A stretch of DNA of 63,863 nt, the filler included, from Sandaracinaceae bacterium (GTDB taxonomy: Bacteria; Myxococcota_A; Polyangia; Polyangiales; JADJQN01): assembly GCA_947483975.1 (NCBI GenBank). It is 3 parts of 3 records of this genome, joined end to end, with 100 filler letters (N's around TTAATTAATTAA, not from the genome) between each part and the next. Parts side by side here need not be neighbours in the genome. Positions count along the whole stretch, not along the records: positions 24,582 to 49,053 come from CANKOL010000034.1; positions 49,154 to 63,863 come from CANKOL010000104.1; 1 more part is not named here. One strand, written 5' to 3'. How positions within the stretch are numbered: the stretch's first letter is position 1; every line of letters starts with the position of its first letter. Below are positions 43,591 through 53,699 of this stretch, in pieces. Under the pieces are notes generated by a model. That model had not been told where the DNA came from and did no database searches. It saw nothing but the letters and a program-made list of their open reading frames with translations. Position numbers and translations under genes: made by a program.

Positions 43591-44841
43591 CTAGCCAGCG
43601 AGCGCGAAGTACGCGGTCAGCACGGCGTAGACCGGCGAGAGCACGAGGATGGCCGCAGCCGCGTAGCGGAAGAACGACGGCATCCGCACGTCCATCTCCT
43701 CGGCGATCGCCTTCACCATGAAATTCGGGCCGTTCCCGATGTACGTGTTCGCGCCCATCAGCACCGCGCCGCAGCTGATGGCGGCGAGGTAGAGGCTCGG
43801 GACGCCGATGACGTCGCCGTGGAGGCCGAGCCCCTGCGCCGCGCTGAGGAACGTCAGGTAGGTCGGTGCGTTGTCGAGCACCGAGGAGAGCCCGCCCGCG
43901 GTCAGGAAGAACTGCCACGGTCGCGTGATGCCGAGCTCGCCGCCGCGCGCCTCGAGGAGCGCGAGCGCCGGGACCATCGTCACGAAGATACCGAGGAAGA
44001 GGACGGCGACCTCGATGATCGGCGCGTAGGTGAAGCCGTTCGCCTTCCGCGGCGCCTTCGGACCGAGCAGCGCGGACGCCGCGGCGCCTCCGACCATGAG
44101 CAGCTCGCGGTACGGCGTCGGCAGGAAGACCGCGCCGACGATCAGCGCGAGCAGCCCGAGGTTCGGCAGCCCCTCGAGGCCGAGCGGCACCGCCTGCGCG
44201 GCATCGTGCGCGAGCGCCTCGGCGCGCTCTCGTCCGTACGCGCGACGGTCGAGCACGAAGAAGAGCGCGAGCAGATAGCCGACGGCGAGCAGCCACACGG
44301 GCAAGAGGTGCAGCGTCCAGCCGAACGGCACTCCGCGCAGGTAGCCGAGGAAGAGCGGCGGGTCGCCGAGCGGCGTCAGCAAGCCGCCGCAGTTCGACAC
44401 CACGAGGATGAAGAAGAAGGGGATGTGCGCGGTGTTGGCGCGCTGTTGGTTCGTCCGTAGGACCGTGCGGATCAGGACCATGCTCGCGCCGGTCGTGCCG
44501 ATGACGTTCGCGAGGAGCGCGCCGACGGCGAGCAGCGCCACGTTCGTCAGCGGGGTCGCGCGCAGATCGCCCGTGATGCGAAGGCCGCCGGCGACGACGT
44601 AGAGCGCGCCGAGGAGCGTCACGAACGACGCGTACTCGACGAGCGAGTGCCCGAGCGTGCGCGGCGCCGCGAGCAGCAGATAGACCACGACGGGCGCCGA
44701 GAGCAGCCCTCCGACGAGCGCCTTGTGGCGGTTCTTCTCCCACCAATGAGGCGCCGCGAGCGGCAGCACCGCGATCGCGAGCAGCAGCAGCGCGAACGGG
44801 AGCACCGCGTAGAGGGGAGTCGTGCGCCCGAGGTCGTGCAT
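43591..44841 (-). CDS. Ion transporter superfamily protein (Na+/H+ antiporter/citrate transporter-like)
   Basis: IGTTGASM, GGLLTPLGDPPLFLG, LDNAPTY, TYIGNGPNFMV. Confidence 0.85.
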   Translation of the reverse strand: MHDLGRTTPLYAVLPFALLLLAIAVLPLAAPHWWEKNRHKALVGGLLSAPVVVYLLLAAPRTLGHSLVEYASFVTLLGALYVVAGGLRITGDLRATPLTNVALLAVGALLANVIGTTGASMVLIRTVLRTNQQRANTAHIPFFFILVVSNCGGLLTPLGDPPLFLGYLRGVPFGWTLHLLPVWLLAVGYLLALFFVLDRRAYGRERAEALAHDAAQAVPLGLEGLPNLGLLALIVGAVFLPTPYRELLMVGGAAASALLGPKAPRKANGFTYAPIIEVAVLFLGIFVTMVPALALLEARGGELGITRPWQFFLTAGGLSSVLDNAPTYLTFLSAAQGLGLHGDVIGVPSLYLAAISCGAVLMGANTYIGNGPNFMVKAIAEEMDVRMPSFFRYAAAAILVLSPVYAVLTAYFALAG

Positions 44842-44882
44842 GCGCCCGCGAGGCTACGCCGGGCGCCGTGGTGAAGCCAAGG

Positions 44883-47800
44883 TCAGCAGGTCGGGTTCGT
44901 GGAGCAGGTGTAGCCGAGCATCGGGACGTCGCAGCACTTCGGCGTGCCGCCGCTGCAGATGTCGCCGCAGGCTCCACAGTTCGTGGCGCTGCGCGGGGTC
45001 TCGCAGTCGGCGGGCCCGCCGCAGTCGAGCGTCGCCGCCCCGCACGTGCACGCGTAGCTGCCGGGGTTGTTCATGCAGGTGCCGCCCGCGCCGCATGGGG
45101 TGCCGCTCAGGCACTCGTTGATGTCCGTGCAGGTGCCGCCGCTCATGGGCGCGGAGAACCCGGCGTCACAGGTGCAGATGTAGCTGCCGACGGTGTTCGC
45201 GCAGGTGAGGGTCGCCGTGCCGCAGGGCGTGCCGGCGGTGCACTCGTTGACGTCGGTGCAGGTGCCGCCCGTCGGCGGGGCGGAGTAGCCCGTGTTGCAG
45301 CCGCAGGTGTAGCTGCCCGGGGTGTTCAGGCAGGTGAGCCGCGCGGTGCCGCAGGTCGCCGCGACGAGGCACTCGTCGACGTCGCTGCAGGTCCCGCCGT
45401 TGACGGGGGCCGTATAGCCGGGGTCGCAGGTGCACGCGTAGCTGCCCGAGTTGTTCACACAGTTGAGTCGCGCGGTGCCGCAGGTCGCGGCGACGAGGCA
45501 CTCGTCGACGTCCACGCACGTCGCGGTGAGCCCGCTGCCGGAGAGCACGAACCCTGCGCCGCACGTGCAGGTGTAGCCGCCGGAGCTGTCTACACAGGAG
45601 TTGACGACCCCGCCGCCGAGCGTGCGGCCGCACTGCGCGGCGGTCGCCATGCACTCGTTGATGTTGATGCACGTGGCCGTCGGCCCGCTGCCCGACGCGA
45701 CGAAGCCGGGCCCGCAGGTGCAGGTGAAGCTGCCGGAGGTGTCTGCGCAGGCGTTGACGCCGCCCCCGCCGAGCGTGCGCCCGCACTGCGCTGCCGAGGC
45801 CGCGCACTCGTCGACGTTGACGCAGGTCGCGGCGAGGCCGGTGCCCGAGAGCGCAAAGCCCGCGCCGCAGGTGCAGGTGTAGCTGCCGGAGGTGTCCGCA
45901 CAGGCGTTGACGCCGCCGCCGCCGAGCGTGCGCCCGCACTGCGCCGCAGACGCCATGCACTCGTTGACGTTGACGCACGTCGCGGTGAGCCCACTGCCCG
46001 AGAGCACGAAGCCCGCGCCGCAGGTGCAGGTATACCCGCCGGAGGTGTCCGCGCAGGCGTTGACGCCGCCGCCGCCGAGCGTGCGCCCGCACTGCGCGAC
46101 CGTGCCGCACTCGTTGACGTTGACGCACGTCGCGGTGAGCCCGGAGCCCGAGGCGATGAAGCCCCCGCCGCACGCGCAGGTGTACCCGCCCGAGGTGTCG
46201 GTGCAGACGTTGACGCCGCCGCCCCCGAGGGTGCGCCCGCACTGCGCGGCGGTGCCCACGCACTCGTCGACGTTGACGCAGGTCGCCGTCAGCCCCGAGC
46301 CCGAGGCCACGAAGCCCGCCGTGCAGGAGCACGTGTAGCCGCCGACGGTGTTCGTGCAGAGGTTCGCCGGCGTCAGGTTGCGGCCGCAGGCGGTCGCGGG
46401 CGTGCACTCGTTGCTGTCGATGCACGTCGCGGTCGCGCCGCTGCCCGAGGCGAGGAAGCCCGCCGCGCACGCGCACGTGTACGCGCCCGGCGTGTTCGTG
46501 CAGACGTTCGACGCGCTCAGGTTGCGGCCGCAGGAGGTCGCGGGCGTGCACTCGTTGACGTCGGTGCAGTCGTGTCCGTCCGGGCTCGTGAAGCCGGTGA
46601 GGCACGCGCAGGAGAACGAACCGACGGAGTTCGTGCACGCCGAGTTCGTGCCGCACGGGGTCCCGGCGGTGCACTCGTTGATGTCGGCGCAGGCGACGCC
46701 GCTGCCCGAGTAGCCCGCGTTGCAGGTGCAGCCGAAGCCGCCGCCGGACGCCACGCACGTCGCGTTCGGCGAGCAACCGACGCCGCACGCGCCGCAGTTC
46801 GCGGCGAGTGAGAGGTCGGTCTCGCAGCCGGTCGGCGCGCTGGTGTCGCAGTCGTCGCGCCCCGTCGAGCAGGTGTCGATCGCGCACGAGGCCATCGCGC
46901 AGACCGAGCTCGCGAAGGGCAGCGAGCAGACGTTGCCGCAGTTGCCGCAGTTCGTCGCGTCGACGCGCAGATCGACGCAGGCGCCGCCACAGCAGGTCTG
47001 GCCGTCGGCGCAGATGGCGCCCCCGCCGCACGAGCACACGCCCGTCGCGCAGGAGTCGACGCGCGTGCCGTAGAGGGCCGTGCAGTCGTTGCCGCAGTTG
47101 CCGCAGAACGCGAGATCGGTCTGGAGGTTGTGGCAGCCCTGCGCAGGGCAGCAGGTGTCGCCGACGGTGCACTCGGGCCCGGGCACGGCGCCCGTCGTGC
47201 ACTGGCAGGTGCCGCCCGCGCAGACGTCCGACGCGAGGAAGTCGCACGCCTGTCGGCAGCCGCCGCAATGGAAGAAGCTGTTCGCGTACTGCGCGGCGCA
47301 ACGACCCGCGGCGCAGCCCGTCTCGCCCGGGCGCGCGAGCACGCACGCGTTGTAGGGATCGGTGCCCGTCGGGCTCGGCTCGTCGACGCGCCCGTCGCAG
47401 TTGTCGTCGATGCCGTTACAGATCTCGGCCGAATACGGCACGATCGCCGCGTTGCCTTCGCAGCCCGCGGGCTCGACGTAGCCGTCGGCGTCGGTGTCCT
47501 CCGAGCACGGCGCGTCCATGCCATCGCAGTTCTCGTCGAGGCTGTTTCCGCAGACCTCGAACGCGTGCGTGCCGAAGCGCGCGCCGCCCGGCGGGACGTC
47601 GTTGCAGTCCGTGCCGCCCGCTGCGGCTGCGATCTCCCCGTCGCCATCCGCGTCGTTGGGGAGGCACGGGGTGTCCGCGCCGTCGCAGTTCTCGTCGACG
47701 GCATTGCCGCAGATCTCGCGGGCGCGGGGGCCGACCGTCGGATCGCAGTCGTTGCAGTCGCAGCCGGCCGCGCCGCCCGTCAGCGCGCAGTCTTCGGCGC

Positions 47801-48791
47801 CATCGGCGTCGAGGTCGTTGCTCGCACACTCCGTCAGCTCGTCGATCAGCCCGTTGCAGTTCTCGTCGCTCGGCACGCCGCCCTCGGGCGTGCAGACCTC
47901 GAGCGAGGGCTCGCCGGTCACGTCGGGGTGGATCGCCGGGTTCGTGTCGTCGCAGTCCGGCGAGCCGCCGAGCTCGCGATCGGCGGGGAAGCCATCGCCG
48001 TCGCGGTCACACTGGGTGTCGACGCCGTCGCAGTTCTGGTCGATGCCGTCGCCGCAGACCTCGATCGCGTTCGGGTTTCGGCCGGGGTCGGTGTCGGCGC
48101 AGTCGCACGCGCCGGTGTCGCCGACGCCGCACGCTTGGTAGCCGTCGCCGTCGAGATCGCCGCACGCGGTGTCCGTGCCGTTGCAGTCCTGGTCGATGCC
48201 GTCGGCGCAGATCTCGTCCGCGCCGGGGTAGATGTGCCCGTCTGCGTCGGCGGGCGCTGCTGGGCAGTCGGAGCCGATGCAGCCGCGGCAGTCGACGCCG
48301 ACGCCGCCCGCGCAGGCGTGGTCGCACGCGCGAGTGCCCATGGCCCCGTCGGGATCGAGGCAGGACACGGCGCCCTGCGCGGGGAAGCCGTCGCCGTCGC
48401 CGTCGGCCGCGGCGGGCAGCTCGACGAGCAGGGCGGTGTCGTTGATGACGCCTGAGATCGAATAGCAGCGCGTCGCGATCGTGACCCCGTCCGGGCCCTC
48501 GCCGCGCACGTTGACGATCACGTCCTCCGGGCCGACGAACGACACCGCGACGCGGATCGGGGCGTCGCTCGCGAGCGTCGCCGCGTCGCGCGTGACGGTC
48601 TGCGCGACGTGCGCGGGCGCTGACGAGCCGTCGCGCAGGATGACCTCCACGGAGATCGAGCGGATGTCCGTGCGCGCGTGCACGTCGAGCAACAGCGCGT
48701 ATTCCTGCGGCTGGCAGCCGAGGAGCGCGGCGAGCGAGATGGCGAGGGCGAGCGCTCCGGCGCGCCGAAAGTAGGTGAAGCGTGCAGTCAC
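44883..48791 (-). CDS. Large lipoprotein with Asp/Cys metal-binding repeats and about 12 calcium-binding EGF-like repeats
   Basis: LLGC lipobox; DxDGDG...E.C.DG.D..C.G about 6 times; (D/N)x(N/D)EC...CxNxxGxYxCxC 12 times. Confidence 0.87.
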   Translation of the reverse strand: MTARFTYFRRAGALALAISLAALLGCQPQEYALLLDVHARTDIRSISVEVILRDGSSAPAHVAQTVTRDAATLASDAPIRVAVSFVGPEDVIVNVRGEGPDGVTIATRCYSISGVINDTALLVELPAAADGDGDGFPAQGAVSCLDPDGAMGTRACDHACAGGVGVDCRGCIGSDCPAAPADADGHIYPGADEICADGIDQDCNGTDTACGDLDGDGYQACGVGDTGACDCADTDPGRNPNAIEVCGDGIDQNCDGVDTQCDRDGDGFPADRELGGSPDCDDTNPAIHPDVTGEPSLEVCTPEGGVPSDENCNGLIDELTECASNDLDADGAEDCALTGGAAGCDCNDCDPTVGPRAREICGNAVDENCDGADTPCLPNDADGDGEIAAAAGGTDCNDVPPGGARFGTHAFEVCGNSLDENCDGMDAPCSEDTDADGYVEPAGCEGNAAIVPYSAEICNGIDDNCDGRVDEPSPTGTDPYNACVLARPGETGCAAGRCAAQYANSFFHCGGCRQACDFLASDVCAGGTCQCTTGAVPGPECTVGDTCCPAQGCHNLQTDLAFCGNCGNDCTALYGTRVDSCATGVCSCGGGAICADGQTCCGGACVDLRVDATNCGNCGNVCSLPFASSVCAMASCAIDTCSTGRDDCDTSAPTGCETDLSLAANCGACGVGCSPNATCVASGGGFGCTCNAGYSGSGVACADINECTAGTPCGTNSACTNSVGSFSCACLTGFTSPDGHDCTDVNECTPATSCGRNLSASNVCTNTPGAYTCACAAGFLASGSGATATCIDSNECTPATACGRNLTPANLCTNTVGGYTCSCTAGFVASGSGLTATCVNVDECVGTAAQCGRTLGGGGVNVCTDTSGGYTCACGGGFIASGSGLTATCVNVNECGTVAQCGRTLGGGGVNACADTSGGYTCTCGAGFVLSGSGLTATCVNVNECMASAAQCGRTLGGGGVNACADTSGSYTCTCGAGFALSGTGLAATCVNVDECAASAAQCGRTLGGGGVNACADTSGSFTCTCGPGFVASGSGPTATCININECMATAAQCGRTLGGGVVNSCVDSSGGYTCTCGAGFVLSGSGLTATCVDVDECLVAATCGTARLNCVNNSGSYACTCDPGYTAPVNGGTCSDVDECLVAATCGTARLTCLNTPGSYTCGCNTGYSAPPTGGTCTDVNECTAGTPCGTATLTCANTVGSYICTCDAGFSAPMSGGTCTDINECLSGTPCGAGGTCMNNPGSYACTCGAATLDCGGPADCETPRSATNCGACGDICSGGTPKCCDVPMLGYTCSTNPTC

Positions 48792-48872
48792 GCGACCAGC
48801 ATATCAGAGGTGCCCAGCGATGGGGCCGCCGCGGGAGGCCGCACCGCGCGCGACCTGCTAGCTTCGCCGCCG

Positions 48873-49053
48873 ATGAACGAAGCGGCCCTCGCGAAGACCC
48901 TCGCGGATCTCGAGTGGACGCGCGTCGTCGCCGCCGTCGTCGCGCGCTGCGTCGGTCCCCTGCGCGGCGCGGTCGAGCTGCCGCTCGCCTCGACGATGGA
49001 AGGCACCGAGCGCGCGCTCGGCGAGGCGGCCGAGGCGGCGGACGTGCTCGGCA
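48873..49053 (+). CDS. mutS2: Probable MutS2, N-terminal fragment
   Basis: KTLADLEW..V...V..C..PL resembles the MutS2 N-terminus; cut by contig end. Confidence 0.55.
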
Positions 49054-49153
49054 NNNNNNNNNNNNNNNNNNNNNNNNNNNNNNNNNNNNNNNNNNNNTTA
49101 ATTAATTAANNNNNNNNNNNNNNNNNNNNNNNNNNNNNNNNNNNNNNNNNNNN
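49054..49153. other. Artificial contig linker
   Basis: N44-TTAATTAATTAA-N44. Confidence 0.98.
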
Positions 49154-49155
49154 CC

Positions 49156-49557
49156 GAGCCAGCCGTCGCTCTGGACGTCGCGGAGCGCGGGCTCTGCGGG
49201 CACGGGCTGCCCGAGCCAGCCGCCGACGCGGTCGAGGGCGACCTCGCGCAAGGCGACATCGTCGGCGCGCTCACGCCGCTCCGAGAGGCCGCTGCGCGCT
49301 GCCTCTCGGTGACGTCGGGCCGTGCGGCGAGCGGCGGGCGCCTCGACGTCACGCTGCGCATCGCCGCCAACGGCGCCGTCAGCGAGGCGTGCACGCTGCG
49401 CGACGAGCTGCTCGACCCCGCGCTGCGCATCTGCGTGCTGGAGGCCGCGCGCTCGCTGCGCTTCCCCGCCCCGAGCCCCGCAGGCTACGTCGACGTCGTC
49501 CTGCCGCTCCGCCTCGCGGCGGACGCTTCGCTCGCGCAGCGCCCGCTCTGCGAGTGA
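49156..49557 (+). CDS. C-terminal TonB_C/AgmX-PglI-like domain, 5' truncated
   Basis: RC...G.L.V.L.I...G.V...C.L...LRFPAP...V.V.LP pattern. Confidence 0.6.
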   Translation, partial: EPAVALDVAERGLCGHGLPEPAADAVEGDLAQGDIVGALTPLREAAARCLSVTSGRAASGGRLDVTLRIAANGAVSEACTLRDELLDPALRICVLEAARSLRFPAPSPAGYVDVVLPLRLAADASLAQRPLCE

Positions 49558-49564
49558 GCGACGA

Positions 49565-50197
49565 CTACGCGCCGTCGATCTTCTTCCGAAGCTCGCGATT
49601 GAGCGCGTTGAACGCGTTCTTGTAGTCGAACCACGCCTTCGCGATCTTCATGATCGGCGGGCCGGAGGTCTCTGCGTCGTACGAAGCGCCCGCGGCGTCG
49701 AGGAACGCGATGTACTCGCTGAAGCCGGTGCGGAGCGCGTCCGCCGCCGTCGCGACCGCGCGCACCTTCTCCGCGAGGTCCGGCGGCGGGAGGAGCGCCG
49801 CATAGTGATCGTGCATCTCCGCGAGGCGCGGCATACAGCGGTCACGGATCAAGCCGCCGAACCGGGCGCCGCCGCGCGACGCGCGCTGATCGAGCGCGAG
49901 CTTGAGGTCGGTGTTCGTCTTGACGCGCTCGTACGCCGCGCCGGACTGCAGCGAGCACTCCCAGAACTTCAGCCACTGGTTGTTGTGCAGACCGTTCACG
50001 GTCTTGCCGAACTCGCGATACGAGTTCGAGGCGTCGCCCTGCATCACGTACCAGGTCAAGCCGATGCCGCTCGCCAGCACGGCGACGATCATCGCGGCGA
50101 GCATCCGGCCCTTGCCGGAGCGCATCGCCTTCTCGTCGTCCTCGTACGAGCCGCCAGCTTGGGGACTTCCGAGAGGAGCGTTCGTGGGTTCCGCCAT
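49565..50197 (-). CDS. Hypothetical membrane-anchored protein
   Basis: GGAGG RBS; N-terminal TM; helical domain with two Cys. Confidence 0.75.
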   Translation of the reverse strand: MAEPTNAPLGSPQAGGSYEDDEKAMRSGKGRMLAAMIVAVLASGIGLTWYVMQGDASNSYREFGKTVNGLHNNQWLKFWECSLQSGAAYERVKTNTDLKLALDQRASRGGARFGGLIRDRCMPRLAEMHDHYAALLPPPDLAEKVRAVATAADALRTGFSEYIAFLDAAGASYDAETSGPPIMKIAKAWFDYKNAFNALNRELRKKIDGA

Positions 50198-50232
50198 GTG
50201 AATCGGCCTCCGCTGGGCCTCGCTGGCCCGCG

Positions 50233-51975
50233 TTACTCGTTCAGGTTGAGATGGAGCCCGCCGCCACCGGAGGACTCGCCGAGGCGGAGTGTCGACGGGT
50301 CGCTGCCTCCGCGCAAGGCCCCGCTGCCCCCTCCGGCACCGCCGCCGCCGAGGAGGCTCGGACCTCCTCCGCCGCCTCCACCCCCGAGCAGGCGCGAGCC
50401 GCCCCCGAGCTGAAGGTCGCCTCCTCCCGGTACGCCAGGAGCGCCGTCTTCTCCCGTGTCGTCGTCCTCTCCGACATCGCCGGTATCGTCGCCCTCGGCG
50501 GGCGGCTCGGGCTCGAGCGCGGTCGGACCAAGCACCCGCCCGATCAGGTCGCGGACGCCGTCGCGCTGCGCGTCCGGTGCGACCTCGAGCGCGCGCTGCG
50601 CCTCGCGCCGCATCCCGCTGTACTGGTTCGCCTGCTTGTAGATGCGGGCGAGCATCAGGTGCCCCTGCACGTCGTCGGGCCTGCGCTCGACGCCCTGCTG
50701 CGCGTAGCGGATCGCCTCGTTCACGTCGCCGCTCGCGAGGTAGAAGTTGGCGAACAGCATCGGCAGCGTGTGCAGGTCCGGGTCGAGGCGCTTGGCGGTC
50801 TCGAGCTCCCGGAGCGCGTCGTCGGCCTCGCCGCGCGCGAGGTGGATCGCGGCGAGCGTGCCGTGCGCGCCCGCGAAGTCCGGCGACGCCTGAAGCGCGG
50901 CGTTGACCTCACGCTCGGCGCTCTCGAGATCGCCCTTCACGAGGAAGATCCCCGCGAGGTTGTTGTGTCGGGGGGCGTCCGGACGCACCTCCACGGCCGC
51001 CTGAAACTCCCGAATTCCCTCGTCGATGCCGCCCGACGCGATCAGCACTGCGCCTCGCGCGTCGTGGACGGCGGCCGAGCGCGGCGCGAGCCGCAGCGCG
51101 TTGGTCGAGTCGCTGAACGCGCGCTGCGGGTCGCCCTCGCGCACGAGCCGATGCACCGCGCGCAGGTTGAGGGCGGCGCCGACCGCCTCGACGTCGGTCA
51201 GCACCTGAAACTGCCCCTCGGCAGGCGAACTGCTGCGGCCGAGATAGGGGTCGAGCAGCGTCGGCGTCCCTTGGCCGACCTCGCCCGGATAGACCGCGAC
51301 GACGTAGTAGCCGAGGTGCCCGGAGGGATCGGGCGGAGCGCCGTCCCCCGGAAAGGAGAACGCCTCGGCGAGCATCGCGTCGACGCCCTCGGCGCGGAGC
51401 GCGGCGACCGCGATCGCGGCGACCTCGAGCGGGTACATCTTCGAGCGAGCGTCGTCGCGCACCATCAGGTCGAACGCGCGGGTCGCGACGCGCGGCGGAG
51501 TGTCGCGCGGCTCGGTCAGCGACCATGGGGCGAAGCCTCGCTTGCTCGCGCGCGCACGGATCGCCGCGACGACGCCGCGGGCCTTCTCGACGTTGCCGCT
51601 CTTGCCGCGCACCGCGGCGGCGGCGAACGTCTCGAGCGCCTCGTCGTTCTGCAGCAAGGCGAGGAAGTCGCGCGCCTCTCCGCGCGCCTTCTTCACGTAG
51701 CCCGCGAGCTCCGAGGGCTCGAGCGGGCGGAGCGGCGCATCGCCTTCGACCGCGTCCGGGGTGCGACGTGCCCACCAAGCCCAGCCTCCCGCCGCGAGCG
51801 CGAGCGCGGCGACGACGACGAGCGGGAGCAGCCACTTCGGCTGCTCCTTCACGGCCTGCTTCTTCGGCGCATCCAGCTTCTCGATGCCGTGCACGCGCAT
51901 GCACTTGGAGCAGCGGGGCTTGGCTTCGGTGGAGTCGAAGCGATGGTCACAGTGAACGCAGAGGTAGCGGGACAT
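50233..51975 (-). CDS. Zinc-ribbon, TM, TPR-repeat protein
   Basis: CxxC...CxxC, TM helix, several TPRs, acidic/Gly-rich tail. Confidence 0.8.
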   Translation of the reverse strand: MSRYLCVHCDHRFDSTEAKPRCSKCMRVHGIEKLDAPKKQAVKEQPKWLLPLVVVAALALAAGGWAWWARRTPDAVEGDAPLRPLEPSELAGYVKKARGEARDFLALLQNDEALETFAAAAVRGKSGNVEKARGVVAAIRARASKRGFAPWSLTEPRDTPPRVATRAFDLMVRDDARSKMYPLEVAAIAVAALRAEGVDAMLAEAFSFPGDGAPPDPSGHLGYYVVAVYPGEVGQGTPTLLDPYLGRSSSPAEGQFQVLTDVEAVGAALNLRAVHRLVREGDPQRAFSDSTNALRLAPRSAAVHDARGAVLIASGGIDEGIREFQAAVEVRPDAPRHNNLAGIFLVKGDLESAEREVNAALQASPDFAGAHGTLAAIHLARGEADDALRELETAKRLDPDLHTLPMLFANFYLASGDVNEAIRYAQQGVERRPDDVQGHLMLARIYKQANQYSGMRREAQRALEVAPDAQRDGVRDLIGRVLGPTALEPEPPAEGDDTGDVGEDDDTGEDGAPGVPGGGDLQLGGGSRLLGGGGGGGGPSLLGGGGAGGGSGALRGGSDPSTLRLGESSGGGGLHLNLNE

Positions 51976-52017
51976 ACGGCGCAGGGCGTACCGGACCCAC
52001 CCCTCGCGCGCAAGCTC

Positions 52018-52659
52018 TCAGCCCGCCGTGCTCGCCGCGATGACCAGCTGGGCAACGAAGTAGAGCGGCACTCCCCACGCGCGGTTCCAGAACGTCTTGG
52101 CCACGAAGCGCTCGCGCGCGACGGCCAGATCCGAGCCGTAGAACATCAGCGCGCCCACGAGCCCGACGAGCCCGCCCGCGTGCGCGCTCGCCCCCGCGGC
52201 GGTCGCGACCATCGAGCTGATCACGGTCACGTACGCGAGCACCGGCGCGCGCATCCGAGCCTCGACGTGCGGCGAGAGCCAGCGCCAAGCGAGCCCGCTC
52301 GAGACGACGACGACCGCGAGCGCCGCGAGCGCGCGGCTGAGGTCGAGGCCGCGTGACGCGAAGGCGAGCGCGAACGCGAGATGCCCGAGCAGGAAGGCGA
52401 CGAGCCCACCGAGGAACGCGCGCTTCGACTTGGGGATCAGCAGCACATCGCCGAGCATCGAGAGCGCGAGCCCGGCGAGCACCGCCCGACCGTAGCCCGT
52501 CTCGAGCGCCCCGGCGCCGACGCCGGCGACGAGAAAGCCCCCGGACGCGACGGGCTTCGTCGCCCACTTGCCGAGCTGCGAGCCGCGCGCCTCTGCGGCG
52601 AGCAGCGCCGCGGTCGCCACCACCGTGACGGCCGCGCCTGTGTAGAAGAGTGGTCCCAT
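52018..52659 (-). CDS. yhhN: YhhN family lysoplasmalogenase
   Basis: KP, SMLGDVLL, FLGGLVAFLLGH, FYGSD, LYFVAQ. Confidence 0.85.
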   Translation of the reverse strand: MGPLFYTGAAVTVVATAALLAAEARGSQLGKWATKPVASGGFLVAGVGAGALETGYGRAVLAGLALSMLGDVLLIPKSKRAFLGGLVAFLLGHLAFALAFASRGLDLSRALAALAVVVVSSGLAWRWLSPHVEARMRAPVLAYVTVISSMVATAAGASAHAGGLVGLVGALMFYGSDLAVARERFVAKTFWNRAWGVPLYFVAQLVIAASTAG

Positions 52660-52786
52660 CGGGCGCCCAGCATAGCCGCGCCTTGCCCGGAGGCTGCGCA
52701 GAATCCAGCCGGGATTGAATTCTGGCCGACGTTCGCGTTACGCTCCGCGCGCTCGGTGGCAGTACGCCGCGAGGGAGGGATTTCCA

Positions 52787-53605
52787 ATGTTTGGTGGGCT
52801 CACGCGTACGTTCAAATTCATGGGCGAGGTGCTCGGTATGGTGAAGACCAACCCGCGCCTGCTCACACCGCTCGTGATCAACCTGGCCGTCGCGGTACCG
52901 GTCAACATCTTCGTCTCGGTCGTCTACGGACTGCTGAGCGACAAGATGGGCTTCCTCGCGGCGATCTTCCTGCCCATCGGCCTGACGGTCCTCTACTTCA
53001 TCGACTACTTCTGCAACGGGCTCGCCTGCTCGCTGATCTACGATCAGGTGACGACCGGCGACGCGCAGCTCGGCCCCGCGGCCAAGCGCACGGCGAAGGC
53101 GATCCCCGGCATCGTGGTCTTTGCGACGATCTCCGGCCTGCTCGACATGCTCACGAGCTACGCGCAGGAGCGGCACGACATCCTCGGTCGCATCCTGCTC
53201 GGCATCATCCGCTCGGTCTGGACGACCGCGACCTACGTCGTGATGCCGTCGATGGTGATCGAGGGGCTCGGCTTCTTCGCGGCGTTCAAGCGCTCGAAGG
53301 ACCTGATGCTGAACGACCCGACGCAGGTCGGCGTTGGCTACGTCGCCATCGGCTTCATCACCTCGCTGCTCGGCTTCGTGACGATCGGCTCGGCGTACTT
53401 CCTGTCGAACCTCGTCTCCGGCATCAGCTACATCCTCGCCGGGATCGTCTTCTTCACGATGGTCAACGTCTACTGGGCGGTCTCGGGCTACCTCCGGATC
53501 ACCTACTTCACGTGCTTCTATCTCTGGGCGAGCCAGTGCATCGCCGCGCAGCGCCCCGATCCGGCGCTCGCACCGGCGCCGCTCCGCAACGCGATGGCCG
53601 CCTGA
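52787..53605 (+). CDS. Hypothetical membrane protein
   Basis: GGAGG RBS; multiple TMs; W...TYVVMP..VIE....AFKRS. Confidence 0.8.
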   Translation: MFGGLTRTFKFMGEVLGMVKTNPRLLTPLVINLAVAVPVNIFVSVVYGLLSDKMGFLAAIFLPIGLTVLYFIDYFCNGLACSLIYDQVTTGDAQLGPAAKRTAKAIPGIVVFATISGLLDMLTSYAQERHDILGRILLGIIRSVWTTATYVVMPSMVIEGLGFFAAFKRSKDLMLNDPTQVGVGYVAIGFITSLLGFVTIGSAYFLSNLVSGISYILAGIVFFTMVNVYWAVSGYLRITYFTCFYLWASQCIAAQRPDPALAPAPLRNAMAA

Positions 53606-53659
53606 GCGCGCGCTGAAGCGCGGCGCGGCAGACGCGCCGCAGACTCACCCCCGAGTCGG

Positions 53660-53691
53660 AGAGCGAGCCCCCCACGGGGCTCGTTCTTTTT
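53660..53691 (+). terminator. Intrinsic terminator between convergent genes
   Basis: GAGCGAGCCCC/GGGGCTCGTTC stem then TTTTT. Confidence 0.7.
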
Positions 53692-53699
53692 CCGTCACC

